64,000 bases of DNA from Candidatus Dojkabacteria bacterium. GTDB taxonomy: Bacteria > Patescibacteriota > Dojkabacteria > SC72. Position numbers and translations under genes: made by a program. The notes beneath the pieces were generated by a model. The model was given only the letters and a program-made list of their open reading frames with translations. It was not told the origin of the DNA and made no database searches. Below are positions 63,927-64,000 of this stretch, one piece after another (within the stretch, counting starts at the first letter, position 1; each line of letters starts with the position of its first letter). The stretch covers positions 28,964 to 92,963 of the forward strand of contig DATERJ010000012.1 in the NCBI GenBank assembly GCA_035271645.1, read 5' to 3'.

Positions 63927-64000
63927 ATTTTAATTAATTAAAATTTATATTATCTACAATTTTTTGAGCTGCGTTGGGTATAAAGATTCTTTTTCTTTTC

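Noticed and set aside
1-64000. CRISPR array / cas genes
   Set aside because: No short regularly spaced direct repeats. The only repeats are three dispersed 170-180-nt elements. No cas-like ORFs.
1-64000. Alternative genetic code (TGA recoding, as in some CPR lineages)
   Set aside because: All long genes are uninterrupted under the standard code with in-frame TAA/TAG/TGA stops at expected ends.

Overview
The window is AT-rich (visually about one-third G+C), very gene-dense, and reads uninterrupted under the standard bacterial genetic code. ORF finder starts include GTG and TTG codons. The gene content is a mostly housekeeping chromosome segment from a small-genome bacterium with a Gram-positive-type envelope. 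That envelope set includes class A and B penicillin-binding proteins, a sortase with an adjacent surface protein, and a wall-teichoic-acid-like polyol-phosphate gene cluster.

Several proteins are domain-minimal: a 342-aa trigger factor with no PPIase domain, a ThrRS without the N-terminal TGS domain, and a RelA/SpoT homolog without an ACT domain. That pattern suggests a Patescibacteria (CPR)-like lineage, but this is an inference only.

Recognisable genes, in order, are:
- rnc (partial), nusB, rpmF
- a membrane-anchored Clp/Hsp100 AAA+ unfoldase
- a two-subunit aconitase-X-like hydro-lyase co-transcribed with an Old Yellow Enzyme/4Fe-4S enoate reductase
- dus, tig, clpP and tRNA-Val(GAC)
- a PEP-synthase-like protein whose catalytic His is replaced by Asp
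- mutS, a class A PBP, pheST, rplT, rpmI, infC and thrS
- rsmD, a SpoU-family methyltransferase and recG
- a wall-teichoic-acid-like cluster (ABC exporter, SDR, cytidylyltransferase, two TagF-like enzymes, one fused to a hexapeptide acyltransferase)
- an SPFH lipoprotein, a RelA/SpoT homolog, tyrS, rarA, truB, rsmI and tatD
- a rearranged cell-division/wall cluster (mraZ, rsmH, ftsL, ftsI, mraY, with murF and murA flanking)

The least explained signal is a family of three hairpin-bounded intergenic elements of about 170-180 nt. They sit at 7939-8118, 52463-52630 and 61003-61182. Each terminus is built on the palindrome GGTCTGACC-TA-GGTCAGACC. Copies A and C have near-identical cores and lie in opposite orientation. 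The family is a candidate MITE or palindrome-associated element, or a small structured-RNA family.

Other notable items are a block of six uncharacterised genes immediately 3' of tRNA-Val, and several apparently leaderless promoter/start arrangements.
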